From Alphaproteobacteria bacterium (GTDB lineage: Bacteria; Pseudomonadota; Alphaproteobacteria; Bin95), in the NCBI GenBank assembly GCA_963665325.3, contig OZ224045.1, forward strand, positions 480,001-544,000: DNA of 64,000 nt. Reading direction: 5' to 3'. The translations under genes and the position numbers were made by a program. Positions 1 through 8,900 of the stretch are shown piece by piece. Below the pieces are notes generated by a model. That model saw nothing but the letters and a program-made list of their open reading frames with translations, made no database searches and was not told the DNA's origin. Positions within the stretch are counted from its first letter, which is position 1, and the number at the start of each line of letters is the position of its first letter.

Positions 1-2028
1 GTAGTGATGCCAGCCGCTCTTCTCCGTCGTGTAGGAGTAGGTCGAAACCAGCTCCGGATCGGTCATCCCGTAACGCGGCGCCCCTTGCGATATCTTCCGT
101 CTCCCGCTGCCGAGCGCATCACTATACCACGAACCCAGCGCGGCCTTCGTGCGGTCCTCATAGGCAAGCGGATTGCGGGCGGCGCGCATGGCGGCGCGCA
201 CGCGCGGCTGGATTTCGCTCTTCAGCAGCGCGGCCCGTTCAGCCAGTAGCGTGCGGATCGCGGCGATGTCCGCCTCGGCGACGCCCGCGACCTCGGGCGC
301 CAGGCGGGCGAAGTTGTCCGTGCGCTTGCCGAGCGCGGCGATCTCGTCGATCTGCCGGAGCGCCTGGCGCCCGAGCGCGTCGGGGCCGTCGACGCCGGCG
401 GCGCGGAACACCCGCGTGTAGGCCGGGTTGCGGCCCGTGTCGGCGAACCCGTCCCACTCACTGATCTGGCGAAGCCGCTCCAGCGGCTTGCGCCCGGCGC
501 GGGCCCGCATCAGCAGCGCGCCGCCCTGGTCGATCCGCGCGACCGAGTTCCAGGCCGCGCGCGTGGCGACGACATTGTCGAGCTCGAGGCCGACCGCGTC
601 CCAGTTGGCCATCCAGACGTCGGCGGAGAAGCCCCGCAGCACCTCCTTCGACCGGCCCTTGGGCAGGCGCTTCAGCGCGCCGAGCGTGCCGGAGTGGTCG
701 ACGATCTCGCTGGCGATGCCGACGATCCTGTCGCCGTCGCGCAGCAGCTCGGAAACCGGCGCGTCGATGCCGAGCTCCCGGTAGGCGCGGTTCGCCACCG
801 CTTCGCCGTAAGCCTGCGCCGCGTCGTCGTAGAATTTGACATAGCGCCTCACGCCGTCGGCGCCCTCGAAAAGCCCGCCCGGATTGCTGCCGGCCTGGCG
901 CCCGACCTGGCGGGCGGTGGCGTCGGCGCGGGAGAGCTCGCCGATGGCCCAGGGATCGGACGGCGCCGTGGCAGCCGACTGTCCCGGCGCATAGCCCCAG
1001 CCAGGATCGATTCCCTCCGGGACCTCGACGATGCGCGGGCTCGGGCCGTTCTGGCCGACGGTCACCATGCGCATGTTCAGCGGCGGCGCGGTGTCCGGCC
1101 CGGTCTTGCCGAGGCGCTGCAGGTCGCGGTCGTTCAGCGCCTCGACATAGCACTTGCAGCCCCAGCCGTTCGGCCCGTAATGCGTGTCCCACCACGGATC
1201 GTCATGGCGCAGCACCATGCCGTCCCAGGCGAGATGCTCGGCGCGCGGCTGCTCCGATGCGTGGCTGTGCCGGTAGCGCCAGTATGGCCGGCGGTCGGAG
1301 ATCGCCTTCATCTGCCGGTAGCGGCCCGCCGCATAGGACGTGCGCATGTTGGTGCCGTAGATGACCTGAGTGCGCCAGTTGCGCCCGCCCTTGTAGCTCC
1401 AGCCGTGCTTGGCGACGGTCGCGTCGAAGTCGCGGCGGAACTTCGCCAGCGTCGTGCCGTCCGCGATCGCGCTGTCGACCGCCTGGCGCAGGTCGCCCAC
1501 CAGGTCGGCATGGGCGGCGCCGGCGACGACGAAGGCGCGGTCGTGCTCGTCGTGCCAGATATCGGTCCAGGCTTCGGTCGGCAGGTTCAGCTTCGAGCGG
1601 AAGAAATCGATCTGCTCGGAGAACGACAGGCGGCTGTGCTCGGCGGCGGCCGAGGCGAGCGCGACCGGGACCTCCTCGACGTCGTAGCGCCCGGCGAGAT
1701 GCGCGGCGGCCAGCGCCGGGCCGAGCACCGCCACGGCATCCTCGACATCGGGCGTCGGCGCCCGCGGCGAGGCCAGCCAGGCGTTTGCCTCGTCGAGGCG
1801 GTCTCGGAATGCCTCCAGCGAGGCGTCCAGATCGGTGCGGAGGCCCTCCCACCAGGCGTCGATGAGCGGGCCAAGCTCGCGCGCGACGCGCGCTGTCAGC
1901 TCCGGGACCGGGCTGTCTTCTTCCTCGTCCTCGGCCAGTGCGCTCCCGTTACCGCCGCCGGCGTCACGCGCCCCGCCGGCGGCCGGCGAGGGGGGCCGGT
2001 GGATCTCCGCCTTCCGGCGCTCGCGTCT
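1..2028 (-). CDS. MuF/gpF head morphogenesis protein with C-terminal kinase-like extension (3' end outside window; frame also contains portal-type C-terminus)
   Basis: Hand translation, not in the ORF track: open from 2028 to base 1. MuF motifs EQIDFFRSK, HDRAFVVAGA, IYGTNMRTSYAAGRY, WRYRH, HLAWDG, PNGWGCKCYV, GIDPGWGYAPG. Confidence 0.88.
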
Positions 2029-3329
2029 TCAGGGTCGTCGGGGTCGTCGGGCGGGTCATCTTCCTCGCCCGGGTCCGCCATCACCCGCGGTTCGAGTATG
2101 TCATCGCCTTCCTCGGGCGCGTCCATGCCCAGCATTTCGAGCACCTGCGAGCTCCTCACCCTGAGGCCCAGCGGCACGAGCTTGGCCAGCGCGTCGGACA
2201 CGCGCGCAACGTCCAGCGTCTCCTCGCGCCCGATGACGATGCGGGGATAGCGTTTGCGTTCGCCCCGGTTAAGCGCCACCAGCGGGCGCGCGATGTCGCG
2301 CGACAGCGTCTGCGAGAGTGCAAAGGCGTCGGAGCGCTCGATATCGCGCCGGACCTCGTCATGGACGGTGCCCAACGCGCGCGAGCCGCTGTCGCCGACT
2401 TCCGTGGTGAGCGTCTGGCCGAGCACGGCCTTCGAGATCAGCGCGTCGATATAGGCCACAAGGTCCTGGTGCACCCCCGCCCGGCCGGTTCCGCCGCCGC
2501 CCTCGATCTTGGCGAACTCCAGCATCATCGATTCCGGGATCATCGCGGCCGCGTCCGAGCCGAGATTGGTCAGGGCCCGGAGCAGGAGCGCCCTGTCCTC
2601 CTCGCCCGCACCCGGAGGGAACTTGCCGATCCGGAACGGCTGGCCGTACGTCTCGATGAACTGGACCCAGTCCTTCGTGGCAAAGTTGGAATACAGGTAC
2701 CACCAGGCCACCATGCGCGCGAACCCGCCCCGGATCGGCAGACCGGACTTCGCCTTGAAGCGGTGGACCACGAACTTGAACGGCGCCAGCGGCTCGCGCC
2801 AGTTATCCAGGCCGCGCACGTGCAGCGTGCGCCCGTCGATATCGTCGAACTCGAACCAGCGCGGGTCGCGGTATTCGAGGCGCATCGGCCACCATCGCTC
2901 GGTTCCACGGTCCCACATGATCTCAGTGACCGAGAAGCCCTTGCCGAGCGCATCCATCATATCGACGAGTTCGTCTTCGAGCGGCTCACCGTCGACCCAC
3001 TCCTGAACCAGTTCCGCGTCGGCCTTCGCTTCGGCGTCGTCGCCGGCCGGGACCACGTTTACGTCGAGTTGCGCCGCCTGGCGTTTCCGGGTGCCGAGCA
3101 CAGCCAGATAGTGGAGGTTCTTCTCCTCCATCTCCTCGGCGAGCTCCAGGTAGCGGACCGCGTCGCCGGTCTCGGCCTCGCGCAGCAGCGCGCCCAGACG
3201 GCCGGGCGTAAGCCCCTGCGCCGGGTGCTCGGACAGGATCGAGCGCACGCCCGAGATCGTCGGGCCGGCCAGCTCGCGCTTCAGCTTCGAGGTTTCGACG
3301 ACATTGCCGAACTGGTCGTAAAGCGGCAT
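1896..3329 (-). CDS. Mu gp29-like portal protein (DUF935), apparently frameshifted near 1990
   Basis: ELAEEMEEKNLHYLAVLGTRK, DALGKGFSVTEIMW, WVQFIETYGQPFRIGKF, ISKAVLGQTLTT, ALGTVHDEVR. Confidence 0.92.
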   Translation of the reverse strand: MPLYDQFGNVVETSKLKRELAGPTISGVRSILSEHPAQGLTPGRLGALLREAETGDAVRYLELAEEMEEKNLHYLAVLGTRKRQAAQLDVNVVPAGDDAEAKADAELVQEWVDGEPLEDELVDMMDALGKGFSVTEIMWDRGTERWWPMRLEYRDPRWFEFDDIDGRTLHVRGLDNWREPLAPFKFVVHRFKAKSGLPIRGGFARMVAWWYLYSNFATKDWVQFIETYGQPFRIGKFPPGAGEEDRALLLRALTNLGSDAAAMIPESMMLEFAKIEGGGGTGRAGVHQDLVAYIDALISKAVLGQTLTTEVGDSGSRALGTVHDEVRRDIERSDAFALSQTLSRDIARPLVALNRGERKRYPRIVIGREETLDVARVSDALAKLVPLGLRVRSSQVLEMLGMDAPEEGDDILEPRVMADPGEEDDPPDDPDDPEDASAGRRRSTGPPRRPPAGRVTPAAVTGAHWPRTRKKTARSRS

Positions 3330-4715
3330 CTACCAGGCCTCCGCTCGGGACGGGCCGCGCTTCCAGTCGCCGCTATGGTCCGGGCGCCAGAACCCGCGCG
3401 ACCCGGCCGGGCCGTCCGCCGTGCGCGGCGAGCGGGCGCGCGGCGCGGCCGTGTAGCCAAACTCGACCGGGCCGGTTGCGGCAGCCGACGCCATCAGCGC
3501 CGCCGCCCAGAAGCGGTCCGCGTGGCCGTCGTCGCTGTCGTCGGCCAGCAACCGGACCTGGCCGGTCGGCCCGACGACCTTTTGCACGGAATGCAGGTCC
3601 GCCCGAATCTTGGCGTCGCCCTGCGGGATGCGGATCTTCCTGTCCTCAAACCGTTCCTTCAGGCAGGTCGCCATGTGCAGTTTCGACGCCGCGCTGAATA
3701 TCACGCCCTCGACCGTGTTCCGTCCGTAGCGGCGCTGCGCGTCCTCGACCGGCTTCTCTCCCATGCCCGTCTGGTCCATGGCGAGCCGCACCGGACGGTA
3801 GCGCTCCATCATCTCGTCGAGCGTCGTGTCCTGTTCCATGAAGGTCTTGCCGCCAAGGATGCGGACCTCGCGTGTCCATGCCACGTCTCCGATCATCTCG
3901 GCCGCCCAGGCACACCAGAGGTGGCGCCGGCGTCCGATATCGTTCCCGACGAAGCACTGCCCGCCCGTGTAATGTTCCGGATAGCCGGCGAGCGGGTTCT
4001 CGCAACTGTCGATCAGCTCGTATGGCAGCCAGGCCGACGCCTCGTCCAGCCACTCGCAGAGATACTCCTGGCGCCACAGTTCTTCGTCGGCCAGGCCGGC
4101 CCGAAGCTCCTCCGGGTCGACCGGGAAGCCGTCATCGACCGCCCGGTGGATGTTCACCATATGGCGCGACCACTGGCTGTCGTCGCCCGTCATCAGCTCG
4201 TAGAACTTTCCGGACTTCCCGTGCGGCGTCGAGGTGATGCGGATCTTCCAGCCCTTGGTGATCACCGGGAACAGCGCGCCCCAGATCTCGCGGCTGCTCT
4301 TGTGGATGGCGAACTCGTCCAGGAACACATTGCGGGAATAGCCGCGGGCGGTGTCGGGGTTGGCCGGCAACGCCGTCACGATGTTGCCGCCGCCGGCGTC
4401 CCACTCGTTGGCGCGGTATTTCTGGCCGTCGATGTCCAGATCGTATTCCGTTTCCTTCAGGACGAGCCCGTAAGCCTTCGCGTGCAGCTGGATGCCGGCG
4501 CGCATCGCCTCACGCGCCTGGCGGTCGCCGCGCGACAGGATCACCCAGGGAGACGCCCGCCCCTGCGAACGGGCCGTGTAAATGTCGTCGACGATCTCCA
4601 GCGTCGTGGTGAAGGTCTTGCCGACCTGCCGCGACCAGAGCCCGATCTTGAACCGGCTCCGGTCGAGGAACCACTTCTGCTGATAGTCATAGATCGGGAC
4701 GGCCGGCTCACTCAT
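3330..4715 (-). CDS. Terminase large subunit (Mu gp28-like)
   Basis: YQQKW...WSRQVGKTF Walker A, VFLDEFA Walker B, STPHG, GNDIGRRRH, HADRFWA nuclease motifs. Confidence 0.93.
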   Translation of the reverse strand: MSEPAVPIYDYQQKWFLDRSRFKIGLWSRQVGKTFTTTLEIVDDIYTARSQGRASPWVILSRGDRQAREAMRAGIQLHAKAYGLVLKETEYDLDIDGQKYRANEWDAGGGNIVTALPANPDTARGYSRNVFLDEFAIHKSSREIWGALFPVITKGWKIRITSTPHGKSGKFYELMTGDDSQWSRHMVNIHRAVDDGFPVDPEELRAGLADEELWRQEYLCEWLDEASAWLPYELIDSCENPLAGYPEHYTGGQCFVGNDIGRRRHLWCAWAAEMIGDVAWTREVRILGGKTFMEQDTTLDEMMERYRPVRLAMDQTGMGEKPVEDAQRRYGRNTVEGVIFSAASKLHMATCLKERFEDRKIRIPQGDAKIRADLHSVQKVVGPTGQVRLLADDSDDGHADRFWAAALMASAAATGPVEFGYTAAPRARSPRTADGPAGSRGFWRPDHSGDWKRGPSRAEAW

Positions 4716-5277
4716 CGAGAATCCCGTAGACCTCGCGGCGGACGCGGCGGACAGCGTCCATCGGATCGCCGCCCTTTGCGGCCTCGCCTTTGGCCTCTTC
4801 CGGCTTTTGGCTCACCGCGCGGACCGCCGTTGTGCCAGGCGCCGCACTCTCCTGCAGCGTGCGCTCGCGCGCGGCCCGGAGCCGCGTCAACCTCTGGCTC
4901 TGGCTCAGCTTCTGGAAGTCGGCCAGATCGGCGATCGCTATCTCGCCCTGCGCCAGCGCCTTGCGAACGCCCTCGAACTCCGCGACCTGCAGCATGTGCT
5001 CGGCGGCGAGGCTGTAATCCTCGCCGGCGTCCCTGGCGAGCGCGGCATGCAACTTCGCCGTTATCGAGGAGACCGATATCGCCGTGAGCATCGCCTGGGA
5101 CTCGTTTCGGACCTCCCGGAAATACCGCCAGACTGCCGAGTAGCTGATGTCGTGGCCCCGATCCTTCAGCCAGGCCGCGTGGTTCTCATAACCGGAGAAG
5201 CCGCTGTGGATGACGCGCAGATGCAATTCCTGAAGCACGTCCGCCGGCAGCTGCGCGATCTTCGAGCGCGCGGGCAT
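4708..5277 (-). CDS. Mu gp27-like (DUF3486) putative small terminase
   Basis: MPARSKIAQLP...ISYSAVWRY. Lies immediately upstream of terL with stop/start coupling. Confidence 0.75.
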   Translation of the reverse strand: MPARSKIAQLPADVLQELHLRVIHSGFSGYENHAAWLKDRGHDISYSAVWRYFREVRNESQAMLTAISVSSITAKLHAALARDAGEDYSLAAEHMLQVAEFEGVRKALAQGEIAIADLADFQKLSQSQRLTRLRAARERTLQESAAPGTTAVRAVSQKPEEAKGEAAKGGDPMDAVRRVRREVYGILDE

Positions 5278-5594
5278 CAGGCATGCCGGTCGAGGAAGGG
5301 CGGGCGGTCGATGCCGGGCGCGACATCGATCTCGTAATCGACAACGTCCCGGCCGTGGCGCGTCAGCTTCGCCCGCCAGGCGCGAAGCTCCGACTTCTCG
5401 ATCTCGACGAGCTTCCGCTCCGCCAGGTAATCGAGCTCGGTGCGCACGCGTTCGATGGTGACGCCGAGATATTCCGCGCGGGCGACGTCGAGGCACATCT
5501 GGTCGGTCGCCCCGATGTGGCCGCCGACCATCAGCGTGCGCAGGATCGTCCACCTGAGCCCGGCGATGTGGATTTGCGTCATCCCATCCTTCAT
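5277..5594 (-). CDS. Mu gp26-like conserved winged-helix phage protein
   Basis: LRWTILRTL...VRTELDYLAERKLV...LTRHGRDVV...PGIDRP, in the usual position before gp27. Confidence 0.7.
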   Translation of the reverse strand: MKDGMTQIHIAGLRWTILRTLMVGGHIGATDQMCLDVARAEYLGVTIERVRTELDYLAERKLVEIEKSELRAWRAKLTRHGRDVVDYEIDVAPGIDRPPFLDRHA

Positions 5595-5923
5595 TTGATC
5601 GCTCCTATGCGCTCCTCAAGGCGGGCCAACGTCGCGCTGTGCGTCTCCAGAAGGCCGATAACCCGGCTCTGGTTGGTGATGTAATCGTCGCGGCGGACGA
5701 AGTTCTCGGCGATATGCAGCTTGAGCGCATCCAGCTCGCGCTCCAGGGTATGCACCCGCTGGATCACGCCCTGCTCCACCGACCCGCAGTCGGCGGCGGG
5801 CGCGGGCGCGGGCGGAGCGGAGTTCATGATGCCGAGGCGTTTCAGCGCCAGGACACCGCCGCCCAGGAATATCAGGACGCCGACGACGCTGGCGAAAGCC
5901 TGCCACGCATCGGGGCCGGGCAT
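5591..5923 (-). CDS. Phage membrane protein with C-terminal coiled coil (Mu gp25-like position)
   Basis: N-terminal TM segment, then IAENFVRRDDY. Coupled to neighbouring genes. Confidence 0.6.
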   Translation of the reverse strand: MPGPDAWQAFASVVGVLIFLGGGVLALKRLGIMNSAPPAPAPAADCGSVEQGVIQRVHTLERELDALKLHIAENFVRRDDYITNQSRVIGLLETHSATLARLEERIGAIK

Positions 5924-6369
5924 CAGGCAATCCCCTCGAACAGCGCGCGCTCGGCGGCGCGGCGGCGGACAAGGCCCGCCAGGACCCGGCCGTTGCTGAA
6001 GCGCCAGCGCGGGAACTCGGCGGCGCCGCCGGCATAGTCGCCGCGATTGAGCCGCTGGCGGAGCGTCGAAGCGGCGAGCGCTCCGGTGCCGATGTTGAAG
6101 GTGAAGCTCGCCAGCGCCGCGCGCTGATGCTCCGCCAGCGGCACGACGATCAGGCGGCTCACCGCCCGGTCGACGTAATCGCAGTCATGGGACAGCAGTT
6201 CGCCGGCACGGTCTTCCGAGATCGGAGCGTCATCCATTGTCACCCGCGAGCCGTCCTCCCAGCGCGTCGCGCCGTAACCGATCGTCGGAACGCCCGCCGG
6301 ACAGCGGTAGGGGGCGGACCGGAATGTCTCGAACTCCACGATCAGCTCCAGCGCGGCGGCGGGGATCAT
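5923..6369 (-). CDS. Endolysin, GH24 lysozyme
   Basis: EFETFRSAPYRCPAGVPTIGYGAT (E-C-T triad), ALASFTFNIG, GLVRRRAAERALF. Confidence 0.93.
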   Translation of the reverse strand: MIPAAALELIVEFETFRSAPYRCPAGVPTIGYGATRWEDGSRVTMDDAPISEDRAGELLSHDCDYVDRAVSRLIVVPLAEHQRAALASFTFNIGTGALAASTLRQRLNRGDYAGGAAEFPRWRFSNGRVLAGLVRRRAAERALFEGIA

Positions 6370-6869
6370 TTTCCGAAAGCGTGCTTGCGGGTCCGGTCGC
6401 CATACCAGTAGCTGACGATGGTCGCCAGCAACGCCGTGGTCGGCTCGTCCCAGATCTTGCCCAGCGCCTTCGACAGATGGTCCGCACCCGCCAGATAGCC
6501 CTCGACGAACCCGCCGGCCTTATCCGCGATCTCGTAGATCAGCCATGCCTCCAGCACCGCGACCGCCAGAAGCGACGCCTTGGTCGCAATGAACAGCAGC
6601 CAGAGCGAGTGACTCGACCAGGGCCGGAAGCTCGCCGAGAAGGCCGCCATGAACCAGCCGGCCTTGACCGTGATCTGCGCATCGTGCCGATAGCGCGCCT
6701 GGGTGGCGAGCGCCTCGGCCTGCACCTCGGAGATCTCGAGCCTGTTCTGGTGCGACTGCTCCAGCATCGCGAGCTCGTGCTTCTTGTCCTGCCGGTCCTG
6801 GAAGAAGTCCATGACCTTCGGCAGGAACGAAGTGCCGAAGCCCAGCAGCGAACCGAGAAGTGTCAGCAT
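6366..6869 (-). CDS. Putative holin
   Basis: Multiple TM segments, MLTLLGSLLGFGTS...SFRP...IVSYWYGDR. Directly upstream of the endolysin. Confidence 0.65.
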   Translation of the reverse strand: MLTLLGSLLGFGTSFLPKVMDFFQDRQDKKHELAMLEQSHQNRLEISEVQAEALATQARYRHDAQITVKAGWFMAAFSASFRPWSSHSLWLLFIATKASLLAVAVLEAWLIYEIADKAGGFVEGYLAGADHLSKALGKIWDEPTTALLATIVSYWYGDRTRKHAFGK

Positions 6870-6963
6870 GTCATCGCCTCCGAATTAGCGGTTGTCCCGC
6901 CAGGGCGGCCGCTCACGTGCGCAGCGTGGCCACCCTGGCGGGACGCACCGGACGGGCGCCTTG

Positions 6964-7446
6964 TCAGCGCCCGCCCGGATCGGGCAATGCGATAATGCAG
7001 TCCTTCAGCGCCTCCGCGACGCTCTTGTAATTGGCGCCCCAGCGCTCGCCCGCCCGGACGAGCTCGATGCGCGGGCCGGCGCAGATCGCATGATCGGTGA
7101 GACGCCAGGTCTTGCCGTCGTCCTTCACGCACGGCCCGCCGCGCTCGGAGCTGTTTGCCTCGTGCCAGTGGCGCTCGCCCGCGGCCTTGTGCTTGTGGCA
7201 GTTGTCCTTCGGCGAAAGCTGGCCGGAATGGGCGAGCTGCACATAGGGCGCCTTGTCGCCATGCAGCGCGTCGGAGGCAGCGTCGGCCTCCTGGAACGCC
7301 GTGTCGAAGTCCGCCTCGAACAGGACGGCCTCCGCTTCGGGATTGCCCCAGGGAAGCGCCTGGGGCGCCGCCAGGGCCGGCGCGGCGGCGAAAGCGAGCA
7401 TCGCCGCAGCGGCTGCGGCGACAAGCGGGAAACGGGAACCGATCAT
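6964..7446 (-). CDS. Exported protein with His/Cys-rich (YHYH-like) motif
   Basis: Signal peptide ending ...AAAPALA; AHSGQLSPKDNCHKHKAAGERHWH. Confidence 0.55.
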   Translation of the reverse strand: MIGSRFPLVAAAAAAMLAFAAAPALAAPQALPWGNPEAEAVLFEADFDTAFQEADAASDALHGDKAPYVQLAHSGQLSPKDNCHKHKAAGERHWHEANSSERGGPCVKDDGKTWRLTDHAICAGPRIELVRAGERWGANYKSVAEALKDCIIALPDPGGR

Positions 7447-7519
7447 GGGGTGTCTCCGGGTGTCGGGTTTCGGGTTTCGTGAATGACCCGGAGAGAATGA
7501 AGCGGCGCGTGGCCGATGT

Positions 7520-7879
7520 TCAGGGGAACATGTTCCCCCGAAGCCTGGCGCGATTCTGGCGAATTGCGCGGTTGGAAACGCCCAGACGCGTGGCGATCTC
7601 CTGCGTGGACAATCCCTGCCTGTCCATTTCGCACGTCAGGGCCAACCGCGCCTTCGGGAAAGTGACGCTCTCACCCTCAAAGCGGGCGGCGATGGCACCC
7701 GCGGCCTCGGCGCCGACCGCCTCCGTCAGCGGATGGTTCGAGCCGACATGCTTCGGCTTCGGAATGTGCAACGGCCGGCCGCCAAGGTTCAGCGCAATCG
7801 CCAGCGCCGCCTCGCGCCCGGCGATCTGCTCGATCTCGGCCAGGACGCCGGGAAGCGGCGGAGCGGCGGGTCTGGTCAT
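7520..7879 (-). CDS. Mor/C-family transcription activator
   Basis: LPGVLAEIEQIAGREAALAIALNLGGRPLHIP plus C-terminal HTH (STQEIATRLGVSNRAIR). Confidence 0.8.
   Translation of the reverse strand: MTRPAAPPLPGVLAEIEQIAGREAALAIALNLGGRPLHIPKPKHVGSNHPLTEAVGAEAAGAIAARFEGESVTFPKARLALTCEMDRQGLSTQEIATRLGVSNRAIRQNRARLRGNMFP
7523..7538. promoter_or_regulatory. Perfect 16-bp palindrome GGGGAACATGTTCCCC, candidate Mor/C activator site for the late promoter
   Basis: Seen in sequence, 77-92 bp upstream of the first late gene, at the 3' end of mor. Confidence 0.45.
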
Positions 7880-8199
7880 CTCGCCAGCTCGTAGATCAGC
7901 AGGACGGCCATGAAGACCAGCGCCAGGAACACGAACCCAATAAGCGCCGCCAGGGCGCACCCGTTTTCGCTGCCCCAGAAGGCATATCTGATCTTCATCC
8001 GCTCGATTGTCGCGCCAGCCCGTTCTGCCGGGCTTTCCTGACGCGGCACGCCGAAGAAATAGTCGTACAGGACCCACAGAATCCCGAGTGACGCTACACC
8101 GACCCAGATCCAGCCGGACGAAATCGAGGTGAAGGCCTCCATCGCTCCGCCTATTCCGATATCGATAGCGACGAACTGAATGTGACGGCGAAAGTCCAT
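7876..8199 (-). CDS. Small two-TM membrane protein, lower GC (moron-like)
   Basis: Two hydrophobic helices, ATGA overlap with mor. Start may be 8199 or 8142. Confidence 0.5.
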   Translation of the reverse strand: MDFRRHIQFVAIDIGIGGAMEAFTSISSGWIWVGVASLGILWVLYDYFFGVPRQESPAERAGATIERMKIRYAFWGSENGCALAALIGFVFLALVFMAVLLIYELAR

Positions 8200-8213
8200 C
8201 CGCGCATCATCGC

Positions 8214-8900
8214 TCAAACCCCGCCCTGCCGCAGCCATCCCCCGAGCTCGCGGATGAGCTGGTTGAGCGTCGAGGCGTTCAGCGCCGAATAGGGCTCCTG
8301 CGCGCGCCGGAACCCGACGACCCAGCTGTGCAGCGCGCCATGGTCGGCGATCTTGACCTTGCCCACATCGGCAAGTTTGCGCCAGAGCGCCTCCAGGATG
8401 CGCGCGCCGGGGTTGGGCGCCGGGCGCTTGCCGGAGCGCGCGTAGGGGCTCCAGTCCACGCCGCCGTCCCTGGCCATCCAGTCCTTCAGCGCCTCGATGC
8501 AGGCCGAGGTCTGCGCCGGCGTCGCCCAGCGCGCGGCGTCCATGCCCGTCTGGCGGCACATCCAGGCGGCGAGCGCCGTGTCCCGGTTGTCAGTGACCAC
8601 ACCGAGCCAGTATGCCGATATCCAGAGCGCCCGCAGCTTCGAGGTGTGCGGGCCGGCGGGGAGGACCGACGGACGGGAGGCAACCTTGGCCCGCCCGCCG
8701 GCCCGAACCGGCCGCCCTGTTTGTCGGCCGGCCAGGGCGGCCAGGACCCGGCGCATTTCGGCCTCGTTCATCTCCTTCAGCGATTCCTTTCCCGTGACGC
8801 GAACCTGCACCGCATGGCGCGCGTCCTCGTCGAGGCCGCGCCGGCGGCACTCGCCGAAGATCGCCCGGCGAAGGCGAGACAGGTCGGGCGCGGCAGTCAT
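8214..8900 (-). CDS. GemA / Mu gp16 (DUF1018) family protein
   Basis: RRRGLDEDARHAVQVRVTGKESLKEM...KLRALW...IEALKDWMAR. Confidence 0.85.
   Translation of the reverse strand: MTAAPDLSRLRRAIFGECRRRGLDEDARHAVQVRVTGKESLKEMNEAEMRRVLAALAGRQTGRPVRAGGRAKVASRPSVLPAGPHTSKLRALWISAYWLGVVTDNRDTALAAWMCRQTGMDAARWATPAQTSACIEALKDWMARDGGVDWSPYARSGKRPAPNPGARILEALWRKLADVGKVKIADHGALHSWVVGFRRAQEPYSALNASTLNQLIRELGGWLRQGGV

Noticed and set aside
29-41. 13-bp inverted match (GTGTAGGAGTAGG) to the prophage end at 18793-18805, suggesting an 18.8-kb TG..CA element
   Set aside because: It lies inside the open MuF frame, has no flanking 5-bp duplication and no GAGTCGCCA sites, and head/tail genes must continue beyond it. 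Treated as coincidence.
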